Shown: one piece after another, positions 1 to 12,733 of the stretch
Layout of the letters: every line of letters starts with the position of its first letter
Position numbering within the stretch: position 1 is the first letter of the stretch
Origin: Octopus vulgaris
Taxonomy: Eukaryota
Direction of reading: 5' to 3'
DNA length: 64,000 nt
NCBI GenBank assembly: GCA_951406725.2
Contig: OX597819.1
Location: forward strand, 38,254,001-38,318,000
The notes under the pieces: model-generated
The model's input: only the letters and a program-made list of their open reading frames with translations
Databases searched by the model: none
Told to the model about the DNA's origin: nothing
Program-made: the position numbers and the translations under genes

Positions 1-119
1 AAAGTAGCTCAGTATATTTTGAAGTTCACTGTTGAGTTTTTTAATGTAATATTATTGCAAAGCTGAAGAACCAATGTCATGTGTGTGTGTGTTATATATA
101 TGTATGTGATGGAAAACAA

Positions 120-740
120 TGCCTTTTGCATCTCCAAAAACCTTCCTTGCAAATGAAATGATCTTGGTCTTCTTTGGAGCAGGTGAGGAAGGGTGTTTTC
201 ACTGCATGGATTGTCTTTTTGTCTCTAGCTCAAAGTGATGAACTCAACACTCATTCTGCTTAGGAAAAATTCAAGGAAACTGGCTGGATCTACCTCAAAC
301 AATGTCAAATTTTTCTGTGATTTGATCAGCCTGGTGCATTTTTGACTACTAGAAACCTTTGTCACACTATGTTCATTGTGTAGAATATTCTCAACTCTTT
401 TATGGAATATGCTAATAGCATTGACTATTTGATCCATTGCCTATCATCCATCAGCATATGGTGAACACAGTCAATGTTTTCCTTGGTGGTGGAAGTTGTA
501 GGATGCCCAGACCTCAGGTCATTTTCAAAATTCTCCCTTCTCCCTCTAAATTCAGCCACTTCCACAATATTGGTCCTTTGCAATTCATTCCTTACACTAT
601 CTTTCCTGCAATTGTTCAAAAGGAACTTTAACTACCTAAATATCACCAGTCTCAAAGAGCCTGCAAAGGCTATGGGCATGGCACTCCCTCTAGATCAAAC
701 CAAAAAGGGAAAAACACAATTTCTTAATTTTGGGTGGTAG
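120..740 (-). mobile_element. Decayed mariner transposase fragment
   Basis: Minus-strand peptides EFRGRRENFENDLRSGHPTTSTTKENIDCVHHMLMDDR and QSMQ.KHPSSPAPKKTK, typical of mariner HTH and linker regions. Frameshifted; boundaries approximate. Confidence 0.7.
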
Positions 741-1991
741 ATTTGATCCATAGTTCTACAGTTTAACACCATCACCTAGCCTTTGAGTGCCATTACTAGA
801 GTCTTTTCCATTGTAAGAATTCAAACCAGTACTCTGGTTCCAAACTAACTTAGGACCTTGAAGTACTAGTTCCATTACTGCAACCCCCAAAATCACTGTT
901 TTATTACTTTTTTTTATTTTCCTTTCTCTCCTGATCTTCATGAAAGTTTTCAGTTGTGTATATTTTATCAAATTAAGCCAAAACTTAATGACATAAAACA
1001 ATAGTTTTAAAGTTTCTGTTTGTTTACTTCAAAACAGAAAATTTGCACTTTCTTGTGATCTTGGATAATTTTCCAAAAGAATAACTTGTTTGATCTCGGT
1101 GAATAAATACTTTCCTCTGGTTAATATGTGATAGTAAGCATGAAATTTGTAATAATGACTACATATTTTATTCTTTATCTGAATATCGATTATATTACTT
1201 GCGGTGCATATGTCTATAATAAGTTATATTCACATTTTGCCAAACTGATTGATAAATATGCTTACATTTTCCATCTTTTAATCATTCCAGAATAGTGATT
1301 ATTTAAATCTGCTATAATTTAGTTGTAACTAATGTTTACTTCAGTTCATTCATTTTTCTCCTTTCAGTTCTTTTTAAAAATGAAAAATAATAAAAAAAAA
1401 TAGTTTTCATAAAATTTCAACAATTTCAGTTTTAAAAGATTTTCTCTAAGCAACATGAGTTCAGATAAAAAGTACTTTAATGTTTCCTACAAAGAAAGAT
1501 CTATAGTATATAAGCAAATTAGATACATACACTATTCAAAAACAGATAATAAAATTTATATGTAAACACCAAATAAATATTGGTTATTCTTCCATTCATA
1601 TTACAAAAGACAAGAAAAATCAATAGCTTTCCCTAAGTATCCTGGATAAAATTCTACACAGAATCTTTTGAGAAGAGAAAGGGTAGCAGGAGACATATAA
1701 ATATTTACAAATGTTCTTTACACCTGATGTAGCTGTAGTTATAGTAAACATACTTTTCCTAAGAATCACTAATTTTGAATGAAAATAATCTATGCAAAAC
1801 CATGTACATTTTCTTGGTTAACTGAAGAGCAGGTTGCGCGTAGTTTCATTTTTATTAACAAGATCTGCCTTGCCAAAAATATCTGAATGTAATGGGAAAT
1901 ATATGTTTGTTAATATTATCAGTAAAATGTTAATATAAATGGTTTGTGCTTTACGAATTTATAGCTGTTTGGTTAAGAAATTTGCTTTTCA

Positions 1992-2403
1992 ACTCTTTTA
2001 CTCTTTTACTTGTTTCAGTCATTTGACTGCGGCCATGCTGGAGCAATGCCTTTAGTCGAGCAAATCGACTCCAGGACTTATTCTTTGTAAGCCTGGTACT
2101 TATTCTATCGGTCTCTTTTGCCGAACTGCTAAGTTATGGGGACATAAACACACCAGCATCAGTTGTCAAGCAATGTTGGTGGGACAAACACAGACACACA
2201 AATATATACACACACATACATACATATATATACATATATACGACAGGCTTCTTTCAGTTTCTGTCTACCAAATCCACTCACAAGGCTTTGGTCGGCCCGT
2301 GGCTATAGTAGAAGACACTTGCCCAAGGTACCACGCAGTGGGAATGAACCCGGAACCATGTGGTTGGTAAGCAAGCTACTTACCAGACAGCCACTCCTGC
2401 GCC
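1992..2403 (-). mobile_element. Full-length tRNA-derived SINE (family A, octopus OR-like, CORE-like centre)
   Basis: Reverse complement has head GGCGCAGGAGTGGCTG..GGTAAG, a B-box-like GGTTC segment, CCTTGGGCAAGTGTCTT, an internal (TA/TG)n tract and tail GAAACAAGTAAAAGAGTAAAAGAG. Close copies at 31219, 40887, 58039, 61615. Sits inside an older + strand copy (1963-2460). Confidence 0.85.
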
Positions 2404-3899
2404 TGTGTACTTCTGGGTTCAGTCACAGTATAATGTACCTTGGGTGTTTTCTACTCTAGGCTCTTATGTTAACCAGTATCTTTAATTGATAGAAATGGTA
2501 AAATACTATCTAGTGTATGTATGTACATATGATAAGAGAGTGGGATTGACCCTGTGCAAGGCCTTTCTTCACTTTAAAAAGTTTCGGGCACAGGCATCAC
2601 TTTATATTTAATGTCTCTTTTAATATTTCTGTTATGTGTTGCAAAGCACTCAATGAAAAATCCCATAGTATTAGTGTGGGTGGTAAGCTCTCTGAACACC
2701 AGCTGCAAGAGATCTCCATCATTGTTACATCTGTGCAAAAGAATGTATAGGTCTCTAGCAGGCCTGAAAAGCCACATCCATGCTGTTTATACTCAAGAGA
2801 ACAATCAATGAAAGTATTACATGAAACTGAATTGCAACTATCATATTTATGATGTGTGAAATGGTGTATCAAGTTGTGTCCCTTCATGTCAAAAATGATT
2901 TTTAATAAATACAGATTTATAAACTAAATACCACACTGAAACAAATAATGAGGCAATATGATTAAGCAGAACTACCGAAGGTAGTTTCTCACTTCATGAA
3001 ACTAGTGAAAGTGTAAGAATATATGGAAGTGTTTGTATAGTAATAGCACACAAAGGTGTGAAATTCACTTCAAATTTATTTCATGAGGTATCAAAGTTTT
3101 ATTGCACATTTGCAATAAAACTGACATACTTCCATCTAACAGTTATACAGAGACTAAACAAATACAACTCTAAGATTAGGAGTATTATGAGAGAAGAATC
3201 ATTGATTAGTTTTGCTTATAGTCCCGATTCTTGCTGAGCAAAAAATTGATTGTTTGGCAGTATTTGGCATGTAGGATTTAAAGGCAGTATTGTAGCACTA
3301 ATCAGAAAGTTAATAATGAATGTGTGTCTTAAAATAATGTGATCATGTTCATTCCATCATTAAAAAAAGAGAAAGGCCATAGAAGTATTACTACGAGAAG
3401 TTAGTGAACAAGAAAAATAAATGAAAATGAGAAACTTTCCCTTTAGTTGACCCAACAAGGGTGCTAGTGACTATACATATAATGCAGCTTTTAAGGATAT
3501 GAAGAGAAAACTTTCAGTGGAGAGTTGTAGAAATACTGAAAACTTCTCATTAGGCAAATCATTGGCTGACATATAGAATAACTATTAAATAATTAAATCA
3601 GATAGTGTCTTATCTATGCTATCAACCAACATATACATCCAGCAAAAATAATTAATAAATTTTATGGAAAGAATTGTTTGTATGTTTATAACTATTAACT
3701 TACTCTGTATTTGTTAATTGGTTTAATGTCTACTGTTCCATGTTTGCATGGCTTTGATAGGAATTGATTTTGTGAGAAATATACTGCTAGATGCTCTTCC
3801 TGATGTCAGCTCTCACCTATTTTGTCAAGAAAGCAGTTATTGTATTTCACAGGTTTTTGAAATTGCAGCTGTAATTGATAAAGGGAGATAGTTGCTCTG

Positions 3900-6085
3900 A
3901 AAGCACATTAGCTAGAGTGAGAACAGGTTGAAAAAATTCATAGAGCTTCTACTGCTTTTAGCAACATAGGTCTTTTTCATTAGAGTGAAAGGCAGATTGT
4001 ATGACACTTGTGTTACAACTCTGATGCTGCATGGTTGTGAAATTGAGGCTTTTACTGCAGGAGACTTGAAAAGACCTGAAACATTGATTGTGCAATGTAA
4101 GTGTTCATAAATGAAAAGTACAAATATACTGAGAAAACAACTGGACATGAGAGAAATAAACAGTGTGCAAGAAAGTGCTGGCATAGGCATATGATGCATA
4201 TGGATCAGAACAGATGTATAAAGAAGTGTCAAATTTTTAATGTGGATGTGCTTGTGTAAGAGGAAGACATGGAGTGAAGTGGTGAAGGTTGATTTCACAA
4301 CCTTGAATGACAAAGGACCAGGATGATTGATGGTATATGGTTTTCAAGAAGACCCATTTATCTTTGTGAAGCTGTGATTCTGGAGGCACTCACACCCAAT
4401 TTCCTCCTCAAGACATATCACCACCTGTCATCTCTCTAACTGCAGTATTCTGCTGCTGTAATTAGATGTGTGCAGGACTGCATACTTCAGATTTTCACTA
4501 ATACTTCTTACCTTTTTCACTACACGGAAGCATTTCACTTGATAGCCATCCTTCATTTCTTTTTTTCTTACCTGTTGGTTTTGCCTATAAAACTTGTCCA
4601 ATGATTCTTTCCTGAGACATTCTTACCACATGTCTGTAGTATCAGACCTACGATCTCTTAATTTGGAGAACTAGCAGCTCTACCTGTCTTGCCTCTCTGA
4701 TCTCTGAGCTATGCACTCTGTTGAGTAATATTACTCTAAAGACCCTCCAGCGGAACCCCCATCTCAACCACTTGTTCTTGCAATCATATTCACCCAAGAT
4801 TCATGACTATAGATAAGGGTAGGTACAAACACCTAATTGAAGATAGTGAATTTGGCTTTTACACCTACTTCTCTTCTTCTTCTGAGCAAGTTGTTGTCCT
4901 TAATTCAGACTCCTGCCTTCCAACTGGCAGAAGACCCAGGGGTAGACCATATGCAAGGTAGCTGGATAGCATCCTTGAGATCAATTGATCTTGCCTGAAA
5001 ATTCAGTCAAATCAGTTGGAGATGGTTGCTTTTGACAGGTCCTGATTGTAAGTGTGATTAAGGTGAGGGAAGAAAATGAGATAAGCTGAGATGATCCATC
5101 TTTCATTCTTCTTATTGTCCTCTCCACCAACATTTCTTATTGATCACTCTCCAGAGCTATCAAATTATCTCTTCCAGCACCATATGTTTCTCCCTTTCCT
5201 CATTCACTATGCTTGCCTCTCTCTCTTCAGTTTTACAACTTACCCAACTACACATCTCTCTTTGTCTTTCTCTCTTTCATCATCTCTCATCTTTCCCCTG
5301 TTTTCTTTCTCATTATTACTATTCTGCTCCTCTTCACCCCCTCCCTATTTCTGTGCTGTCAGTTATCTCCTTTCCTCTACCTTCCCAAACTCATATATAG
5401 CAGTATCACCTCCACCTTATTCACCATTCACTACAACCACAGCTCAGTCCCACAGAATTTCTACAGTTGATACCCATACTCTTCCCATTCCCCTATACTT
5501 ATCATCCCTCAGCATTTGTTTCTAATCATTTTCACCCTCTCACTTTTTCCCCCGTCTTTAAGCATCTCTCACTCTCCATACAACCTTGTGACCTCTATCC
5601 GTTTACATTTTTCTTCTGCCTTCATTCACTTCTACTCCCTTTGTATTTTGAGGGTCTACCTCAACACCACATCACCATTGTTTTTATTTCTTTCCAGCTC
5701 CACCTTTGTTATTTCTTTCCTCTTTTCTATAATATAAGTAGCCATGTACCTCCTCTATAGCAAGAAACCTGTTCTGTTCTGGCCCCTTATTTTATACTTT
5801 AACCTCTCATCTCTGAGCATAAAACCACACTCCTCTCTTATGTAGCCCCACTCAATTGAAAAGGATCTTAGTTTACAGGCTGCATGACATCTTCAATAGT
5901 GCTGATGCCATGAAAACCCACACCCAACACATGCTGTAAAGTTGTTGGTGCTAGGAAGGGGATTCAGCCGTATAAATCATACATAAGCAGACACTGGATC
6001 ATGGAACAGTCTTATGACCCTTAGGATCTTGTCAAACCATCCATCCCATGGCAGCATAGAACATGAACATTAAATGAGGATGATA
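3900..6085 (+). mobile_element. Old RTE-clade LINE 3' portion: ORF end, CT-rich 3' UTR, tail
   Basis: 3960-4350 gives FSLRVKGRLYDTCV..MLHGCE and RGRHGVKW-like remnants; 5090-5870 is pyrimidine-rich; 5870-6085 has the shared tail (GGAAGGG..CAGCCGTA..CCCATGGCAGCAT..ACATTAAATGAGGATGAT). Same layout at 50480-51950. 4440-5090 may be a separate insert. Confidence 0.55.
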
Positions 6086-6942
6086 TAGATAGGTGGATGA
6101 AGATAGGTGTGTGATATAGATAGGAGGATGAAGATAGGTGTGTGAGAAAGTGCCAATCCCTAGCAGTTGAGGGAACCCGTGGAAGAGGTAGACCCAGGAA
6201 AACCTGGGACGAGGTGGTGAAGCACGACCTTCGGACGTTAGGTCTCACCATGGAAATGACTAGAGACCGAGACCTATGGAAGTATGCTGTGCGTGAGAAG
6301 ACCCGGCAAGACTAGTGAAGCCATAATCCGTGGCCCCTACCTGGGACGTAGTCAGTCCACCTGTGCATACCTTCCTTCTTGTGACACTTGTGAAGACCTG
6401 TTGAGGCAAGTGAGAATCGAATCATATCGAATCAAATCGAACCAAATCAAAATAGATGAACATCAATGGAATTTGTATCCTTGTGGTACCAGTGCCGGTG
6501 GCACATAAGAAAACCATCCGAACGTGACCGTAGCCAGTACCGCAATGACTGGCCTCCGTGCTGAGGGCACGTAACAAACACCATCCGAGCGTGGCCGTCC
6601 GCCAGCCTCGTCTGGCACCTGTGTCGGTGACACATAAGAAAACACCATCCGAGCGTGGCCGTCTGCCAGCCTCGTCTGGCACCTGTGTCGGTGGCACATA
6701 AAAAACACCATCCGAGCGTGGCCGTCTGCCAGCCTCGTCTGGCACCTGTGTCGGTGGCACATAAAATCACCCACTACACTCTCGGAGTGGTTGGCGTTAG
6801 GAAGGGCATCCAGCTGTAGAAACACTGCCACATCTGACTGGCCTGGTGCAGCCTTCGGGCTTCCCAGACCCCAGTTGAACCGTCCAACCCATGCTAGCAT
6901 GGAAAGCGGACGTTAAACGATGATGATGATGATGATGATGAT
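6085..6942 (+). mobile_element. Young 5'-truncated RTE LINE 3' end
   Basis: Frame DEDRCVRKCQSLAVEGTRGRGRPRKTWDEVVKHDLRTLGLTMEMTRDRDLWKYAVREKTRQD* (stop 6313-6315) carries the RTE C-terminal GRPRKTW motif. CpG-rich 3' UTR ends GGACGTTAAAC(GAT)n. Confidence 0.85.
6577..6763 (+). repeat. Three tandem ~62-bp units within the RTE 3' UTR
   Basis: Unit AACACCATCCGAGCGTGGCCGTCTGCCAGCCTCGTCTGGCACCTGTGTCGGTGGCACATAA repeated three times, with a diverged related unit upstream. Confidence 0.9.
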
Positions 6943-7000
6943 ATACACACACACGTAAATAACGAAAGTCTACACACATCATAATTAAATTTTAAACCAA

Positions 7001-7229
7001 TTGTGGCCGTTTGCCAGCCTGCTCTGGCTCCTGTGCTGGTGGCACGTAAAAAACACCCACTACACTCATGGAGTGGTTGGCGTTAGGAAGGGCATCCAGC
7101 TGTAGAAACACTGCCGAATCAGACTAGAGCCTGGTGCAGCCTCCATAGCTTACCAGACCCCAGTCGAACCGTCCAACCCATGCTAGCATGGAAAACGGAC
7201 GTTAAATGATGATGATGATGATGATGATG
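7001..7229 (+). mobile_element. Short RTE 3' UTR/tail copy
   Basis: Matches 6716-6942 and ends in (GAT)n. Confidence 0.85.
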
Positions 7230-7829
7230 ACTATAGATTCTTTTGATTAAATTTAAATAATCCCTTAAGCAAATCAGATCCCCATAGCATAGCCTATTTA
7301 TAGTTTTAATGTTAACTAAACAACATGGCACCAGATAACCTAGGTAACTAGGTTTCTTTTCCTTTGTATAAATGCATGTTTACATAAATATCCTTGCATA
7401 TGTCAAGCTGCATGTATATTGATGTAGTAATATACTGAATAAGTCCAAATTTATATCTTTGTATGTATATATCTGAGCATATATGTATGTCTGTGTTTGT
7501 GAGTATGTATGTATGTATGTACGTACGAACGAACGAACGAACGAACGAACAAACGAACGAATGTATGTATGCATGCATGTAAACATACACACATATATAC
7601 ATACTCATACTTATAAATATATGTACATATCAAAACAAGAGAGTGGAAAAAATTTTTGGTTTTATTTATTTACTATTACATATGTTTCATTTGCTAATAA
7701 CAATTATAAAACTGTACATGTAGAAAAACATGTATAGATAATTCTTATTAAAAATTTTTCAGAAAGAGAATCAAATATTTATGATAATTTTAAATATTAT
7801 CTGGAAACCGAAGAACAGTCCACTAATGT

Positions 7830-8310
7830 GAGCTGTACCCTGTAAAAGTAATGCTTTAGTGCAGGGTGTAGAAAGAGTTCTTGATCCTTATGTCTTTGAG
7901 AATGAGGCAGAAAATACACTAATCACCCCAGAAGTAAGGTATCAGGACATGCTGGAACATTTCATGCATTCTGCAGATGCAACACCCCAGAGGTATGGTG
8001 GTAGCAAGAGGAGGCTATTGTCCATCCAGCACACTCAATGATGGATCTCTTAAGGCAAATTTTTTGAAGGCGGATAATTTCAAGAAACTCTAAATTCAGT
8101 TGGCCTATATGCTCACCTGATTTAATGACTCCAGACGTTTTCTTGTGAGAGTATCTGAATGCGGAGTATACCATAACAAACCTTAGACCATTCATCAATT
8201 TGAGGTGAAGAAATTGAAGGTGTAAGCCAATAAATATTACAAATGGTGATGGAACACTCTTTAGAATGAAATGATGGCCATTTTCAAAACTACAAAGATT
8301 TTCCAAGAAG
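7830..8310 (+). mobile_element. Decayed Tc1/mariner-superfamily transposase C-terminal fragment
   Basis: PYVFENEAENT..YQDMLEHF, WW*QE and WPICSPDLMTPDVFL*EYL resemble the WP.RSPDL.P.DFFLWGYLK motif. Confidence 0.6.
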
Positions 8311-8318
8311 TGTATTTA

Positions 8319-8503
8319 TCTATATATATAAAAGAGAGTTTCTTTCTGTTTGTCCCACAAAATATAATTGAGAGACCATCTCATTTATAAGCATGGGTGT
8401 TTTGTCCACTTTCACATTTTAACTATTGTGATGATAATGGTGTGACTTGAGCTAAAGTGCCAAAATTTTCAAAGATTCAATACCTTTCAACTTCTCTCTC
8501 TTT

Positions 8504-8545
<42 letters not shown>

Positions 8546-10414
8546 ATTTCTATTTGGCCAGAAATTGTCCTGTGGCGAGAATGGTCAGCATTCAAGATAA
8601 TAACAACCACCACACCATATATATTTATTCATTCAAGGATGGTCTGTTCTGCACAATTAAATACAGTCAATCTCTCTCTCTCTCTTTCTCTTTCTCTCTC
8701 TCTCTCTTTCTCTTTCTCTCTCTCTCTCTCTCATCACTACCACAAGTAAAAATAAAAGAAACATTCTGGGGTCAATACGTCCAACTAAAATTTTTCAAGG
8801 TGGTGCCCCAGCATGGCCACAATCTAATGACTGAAACAAGTAAAAGGTGAAATGAAAGAAAAGATAAAAGAAAATTATAAGAGTGAGTGTTTTGTCCACC
8901 TACACCAGCAGTGCAGAACTCTAAAGAAATGGTGCCACTATTTTTTATCTGTCTGTCTCTCTCTTTCTCTCTCTCTAAAAGAACACACACACACACACAC
9001 ACACACACATATGTATATTCATTCTTGTTTCAGATATACCTATTTTTCTAACTTCTCTGTTCAGATATAAATGTACAAATTTCTTTCACATAAGCAGAGA
9101 CAATCTGACAGTGAAGCCATATGCACACAGGCACAAATTCACTGTGAAACGAATATCACCGACACACCAACGAAAAGATAACCACACAACACCTTGCCTT
9201 GCGTTCCTGTAATATAACACAGGAATTTCAGCAAACACACTGATACCATTCAGCATTTGTAAATTCTTTTCACTATTACTTACTGATATTCACACATCAT
9301 TTGTACTTTCATTTCACTACAACTTACTGATATTCCTTATCAAAAACATTTCTCATTCCTTTAAGCTGCTCTTCTCTATGATATACCTATTTTCCTTGCA
9401 TTACTGTAACATAGCTTCCAAATTCCATTTCACTATTACTTACTGTTATTTATTATAAAAAAAGAAATGTCTCATAAGAAAAAACTGTCACAAAATGAAC
9501 ACCAAACGAATGCATGATGTGCATCAGAAAATGACAATGAGACACACGCACAGCTTGCAGATCAGTGACAGAGAAAGAAAGCTCAATGTGCATCTGATAC
9601 TGAACATCAACGAAATGCATGACTTGCAGATAGCAAACAAAGAATGGCAGCTCAATGTGCAGCAGAGATGAAAATCAAAGAGATACATGATGTGCAGCAG
9701 AAAACGAAGATGAAAGACATGCATGACTTGCAGCTGATTGTCTTCGAAAAGCATCACATCATGTGCAAGAAACAACACAAGGTATTGCAGACAGACTTGC
9801 AGATAGCCAACAAAGAATGATATTCATCTTTCGGGTCTTTTCGGTTTGAACGGCAGTTTTTTCTAGCGGTGTCATATGAAATTGTCACCCATAATTATGA
9901 CCCTAGTATCGATCTATTGCATTTCAATCTGTTTTAGGGTTAGGGTTAGTTAGGGTTAGGGGTGGGGGGAAGCATCTCTATTTTTCTTCACAAATGTAAA
10001 TAAACCCAATCTGTTTCTTAAACAAGGGACATTTTCATACGGCAGAGAATGTTTTCACCTCAATAGACATCATTGATTGGTTGAAATTGCAGAAATTGAA
10101 GAAAAAAAACAACAAATATTTTACAAACTATAGAATTTTCTCAATAAAGCCAAGAGATAAAGATGTTTTATAAACACATTCTACCAGTATATGAAGTTTA
10201 ACATTTTTTAGTTACCTAGAAATTATGTTAAAAACTGCCGTTTAAACCGAAAAGATCCAATCTTTCTTCTATGTCAATTATTACATAGAGTTCTCTTCTA
10301 AAAATATACACATACAGGAGGAGTAAATTATACATATAATAATAATACACTCAATGTGGATCCTGATAAACAGTAAAAAATAATTACCTAGTCGACGATG
10401 GGGTTTACTGCTAG
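8319..10414 (+). mobile_element. Non-autonomous/internally deleted Helitron (~2.1 kb)
   Basis: 5' end A|TCTATATATATAAAAG at 8319. 3' end has a decayed GC hairpin (CCTAGTCGACGATGGGG, 10387-10403) then TTTACTGCTAG|T at 10414. No TSD, inserted between A and T. 9490-9820 encodes CpG-decayed charged repeats (EHQRNA*LADSKQRMAAQCAAE) like Helitron RepHel N-termini. Confidence 0.75.
9833..10258 (+). mobile_element. MITE with ~29-bp TIRs, 8-bp TSD and internal TTAGGG repeats (copy 1)
   Basis: TIRs GGGTCTTTTCGGTTTGAACGGCAGTTTTT / AAAAACTGCCGTTTAAACCGAAAAGATCC; TSD CATCTTTC/AATCTTTC; TTAGGG repeats at 9934-9969. Nested in the Helitron. Confidence 0.9.
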
Positions 10415-10940
10415 TTATTTATAGAAGAATAAATGTGAATATTTAATAAACCAAAGGGTTATTATATTTTAAAATGGTCTTGTGTCTTTTGGGTCACTCT
10501 GTCTATATACATGTGTGTGTCTGTGTTTGTGCATGTGTGTGTATGTGTGTGTGCATGTGCATGTGTGTGTGTCTATGCATGTGTGTGTATTTATACGTGT
10601 GTGTGCATGCATGCCTATGTACACACATGCTTATCTCTCAATATACACATATGTTGTGTATAGATGTATATATCTGTACCAAAACATATATGCACTTGTG
10701 TGATATGTATATGTGTGTGTATTTATACATGTATGTGCATGTGCTTATGTATCTTGATTTGTTAGTCTGCTAATATCTCTTATGGATCTCGTTTTATAGC
10801 TTCTTTCAAAAACCTTTAAGTTTCGCGTAGACAAACTGTCTATATTCTATCCATTGTATACTTCTCTCAAATTTCTGAACTATTATGAATACTCACCATT
10901 TAATGAAACTTGGGATTTCTCATTTTAACAACCTCTGTTA

Positions 10941-11764
10941 GTTTCCTCATTGACCACCAGATAAGGGATCGGGGACCCTGTCAAAGGCTTTCTCCAAGTC
11001 AGCAAAGGCCAAGCACAGAGGTTTATCTTTGACTAGTTATTTTTCCTGCAGTTCTCTTACCAGAAATATAGCATCAGTGATACTTCTCCTTGGTACAAAA
11101 CCAAACTGCATCTTATCTAAGCTAACTCTCTCCCTAATTAGTTGGGCTATGACTCTCTCTGTAACTCTCATTACCTGATCCAACAATTTGTTACCTCTTT
11201 AATTACTTCTATCTAAGGCATCACCTTTACCTTTGTAGCAGTTGACTATGGTGCTGCTACACCAGTCATTAGGTACGACTCCTTTGTGGACCACCTGATT
11301 TACAATATGGGTGACTAGACCATAACCTGCACTGCCAGATATTTTAAACATCTCAGTGGTGATTCCTGATGGACCGGGGGCTTTTTCTGTCTTCATATCC
11401 TTAATTGCTTTTTTACTAAGGTACTGTCAAGTCAGGTAGTTGGCCCCTCAAATGGGTCCACATTCAACAGACTCTCTTTCTCCCATTCATTCTCCATGTT
11501 CAGTAGTCTTTCATAACGGCATTTCCAAGCTTCTTTCTTTGCAGAATTATTTAATGCAAGTGCACCATCATCCATGCAGACACATTTCTCTCCTATGACA
11601 TCAAGATATACCTGCCTCCTAGCTTTCCTCCTGGCTATCTGATAGTTCCCTGCTACCCTCACTCTCCCAGTCCTTCCAAGCCCATTTCTTTGGTCTGTGG
11701 CACTCAGCAAGCTGTCCCACAGGAATTCCTAGTTACTCCCTATGTTCTCTTCCCTCTCATCAAA

Positions 11765-11765
<1 letters not shown>
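10941..11765 (-). mobile_element. RTE LINE reverse-transcriptase fragment
   Basis: KAPGPSGITTEMFK..VPNDWCSSTIVNCYKGKGDALDRSN..QFGFVPRRSITDAIFLVRELQEK..AFADLEKAFDRVP (N-terminal RT domains) with stops and frameshifts. Confidence 0.9.
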
Positions 11766-11833
<68 letters not shown>

Positions 11834-11859
11834 TGTGTGTGTGTGTGTAAATATATACA

Positions 11860-12400
11860 TGAGGTGGTACCAAAAGTTGCCAGACTAGTTATGTTTAATT
11901 AAAAAATTAATTATTTACCTGAGTCATAACACCATTTCCTTTGAAATAGTCACTTTGCACACCATGCACCTGTCTCTGTTCTTGTCACTTTTGGAATCTG
12001 GCCTGGAAGTCATTTTCAATAAACAAGTCGAAGACCTTTTGCGATTTGCTCTGGATCAATGCACAATACAACATTTCTGGTGTTGATGCTCGTGGCAGGT
12101 ATTCCGGGTCGTTCATCATTTTCCAGGGATGTTCTTCTGCTTTTGAAGTGCCCATGCCACTTGAAACATTGCTTATGATCCATAGACTCATTGCCATAAG
12201 CTTGTTGAAGCAAGCTCAATGTCTTTGTAGAAGACTTCCCAAGTTTAACGCAAAATTTCACATTAGCTCTTTGTTCATGTCCATGGCAAAATTGCAGACT
12301 ACAGCATTCACAAAAACATAAATTTCACAACTTGCAGGATAAACACAGCAATGTCACTCAGAGCACTGTCTCATGAAGGTTACTGCTAGCTCTCACTGTG
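11860..12400 (-). mobile_element. Internally deleted mariner element
   Basis: KFCVKLGKSSTKTLSLLQQAYGNESMDHKQCFKWHGHFKSRRTSLENDERPG is a mariner N-terminal HTH. TIR-like TGAGGTGGTACCAAAAGTT at 11860. Confidence 0.8.
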
Positions 12401-12477
12401 TACACAAGTTGTTAAAATGAGATGTCAGTGTTATTTTTTGTCTTGCATACTTTAGACAGCAATTTATTCACCGTACC

Positions 12478-12539
<62 letters not shown>

Positions 12540-12733
12540 AAAGAATAAAATGTTTTGAATGGTACAACAATGCACTATAATACAAACAATGGGCTATATA
12601 CCTGTTGTAATTTAGTCATCCATAGTCTGATATGATATTTCGGAATAAAATTCCTTCTTCAGATATTCTTAGATGGAGTCACTGCTATAATTGATTTTCC
12701 AACGGCTTTTCTTTTTTTTCTTTTTGGAAGCAT

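Noticed and set aside
2173-2370. Recurrent peptide ...YQIHSQGFGRP..EDTCPRCHAVGLNPEPCGW (also 41051, 58072, 62212)
   Set aside because: Antisense translation of the family A SINE, not a gene family.
2730-2795. Zinc-finger-like LCKRMYRSLAGLKSHIH
   Set aside because: Isolated and without splice context; more likely a decayed LINE C-terminus than a host exon.
5091-5760. Hydrophobic L/S/F-rich ORFs (also 44766, 50916, 58662, 60703)
   Set aside because: Products of pyrimidine-rich low-complexity DNA, open in several frames at once.
6577-6763. Regular repeats resembling a CRISPR array
   Set aside because: Contiguous tandem units without unique spacers, inside a LINE 3' UTR; eukaryotic context and no cas genes.
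9934-9969. TTAGGG repeats as a telomere or fusion scar
   Set aside because: Only about five units, internal to a MITE and present in both copies.
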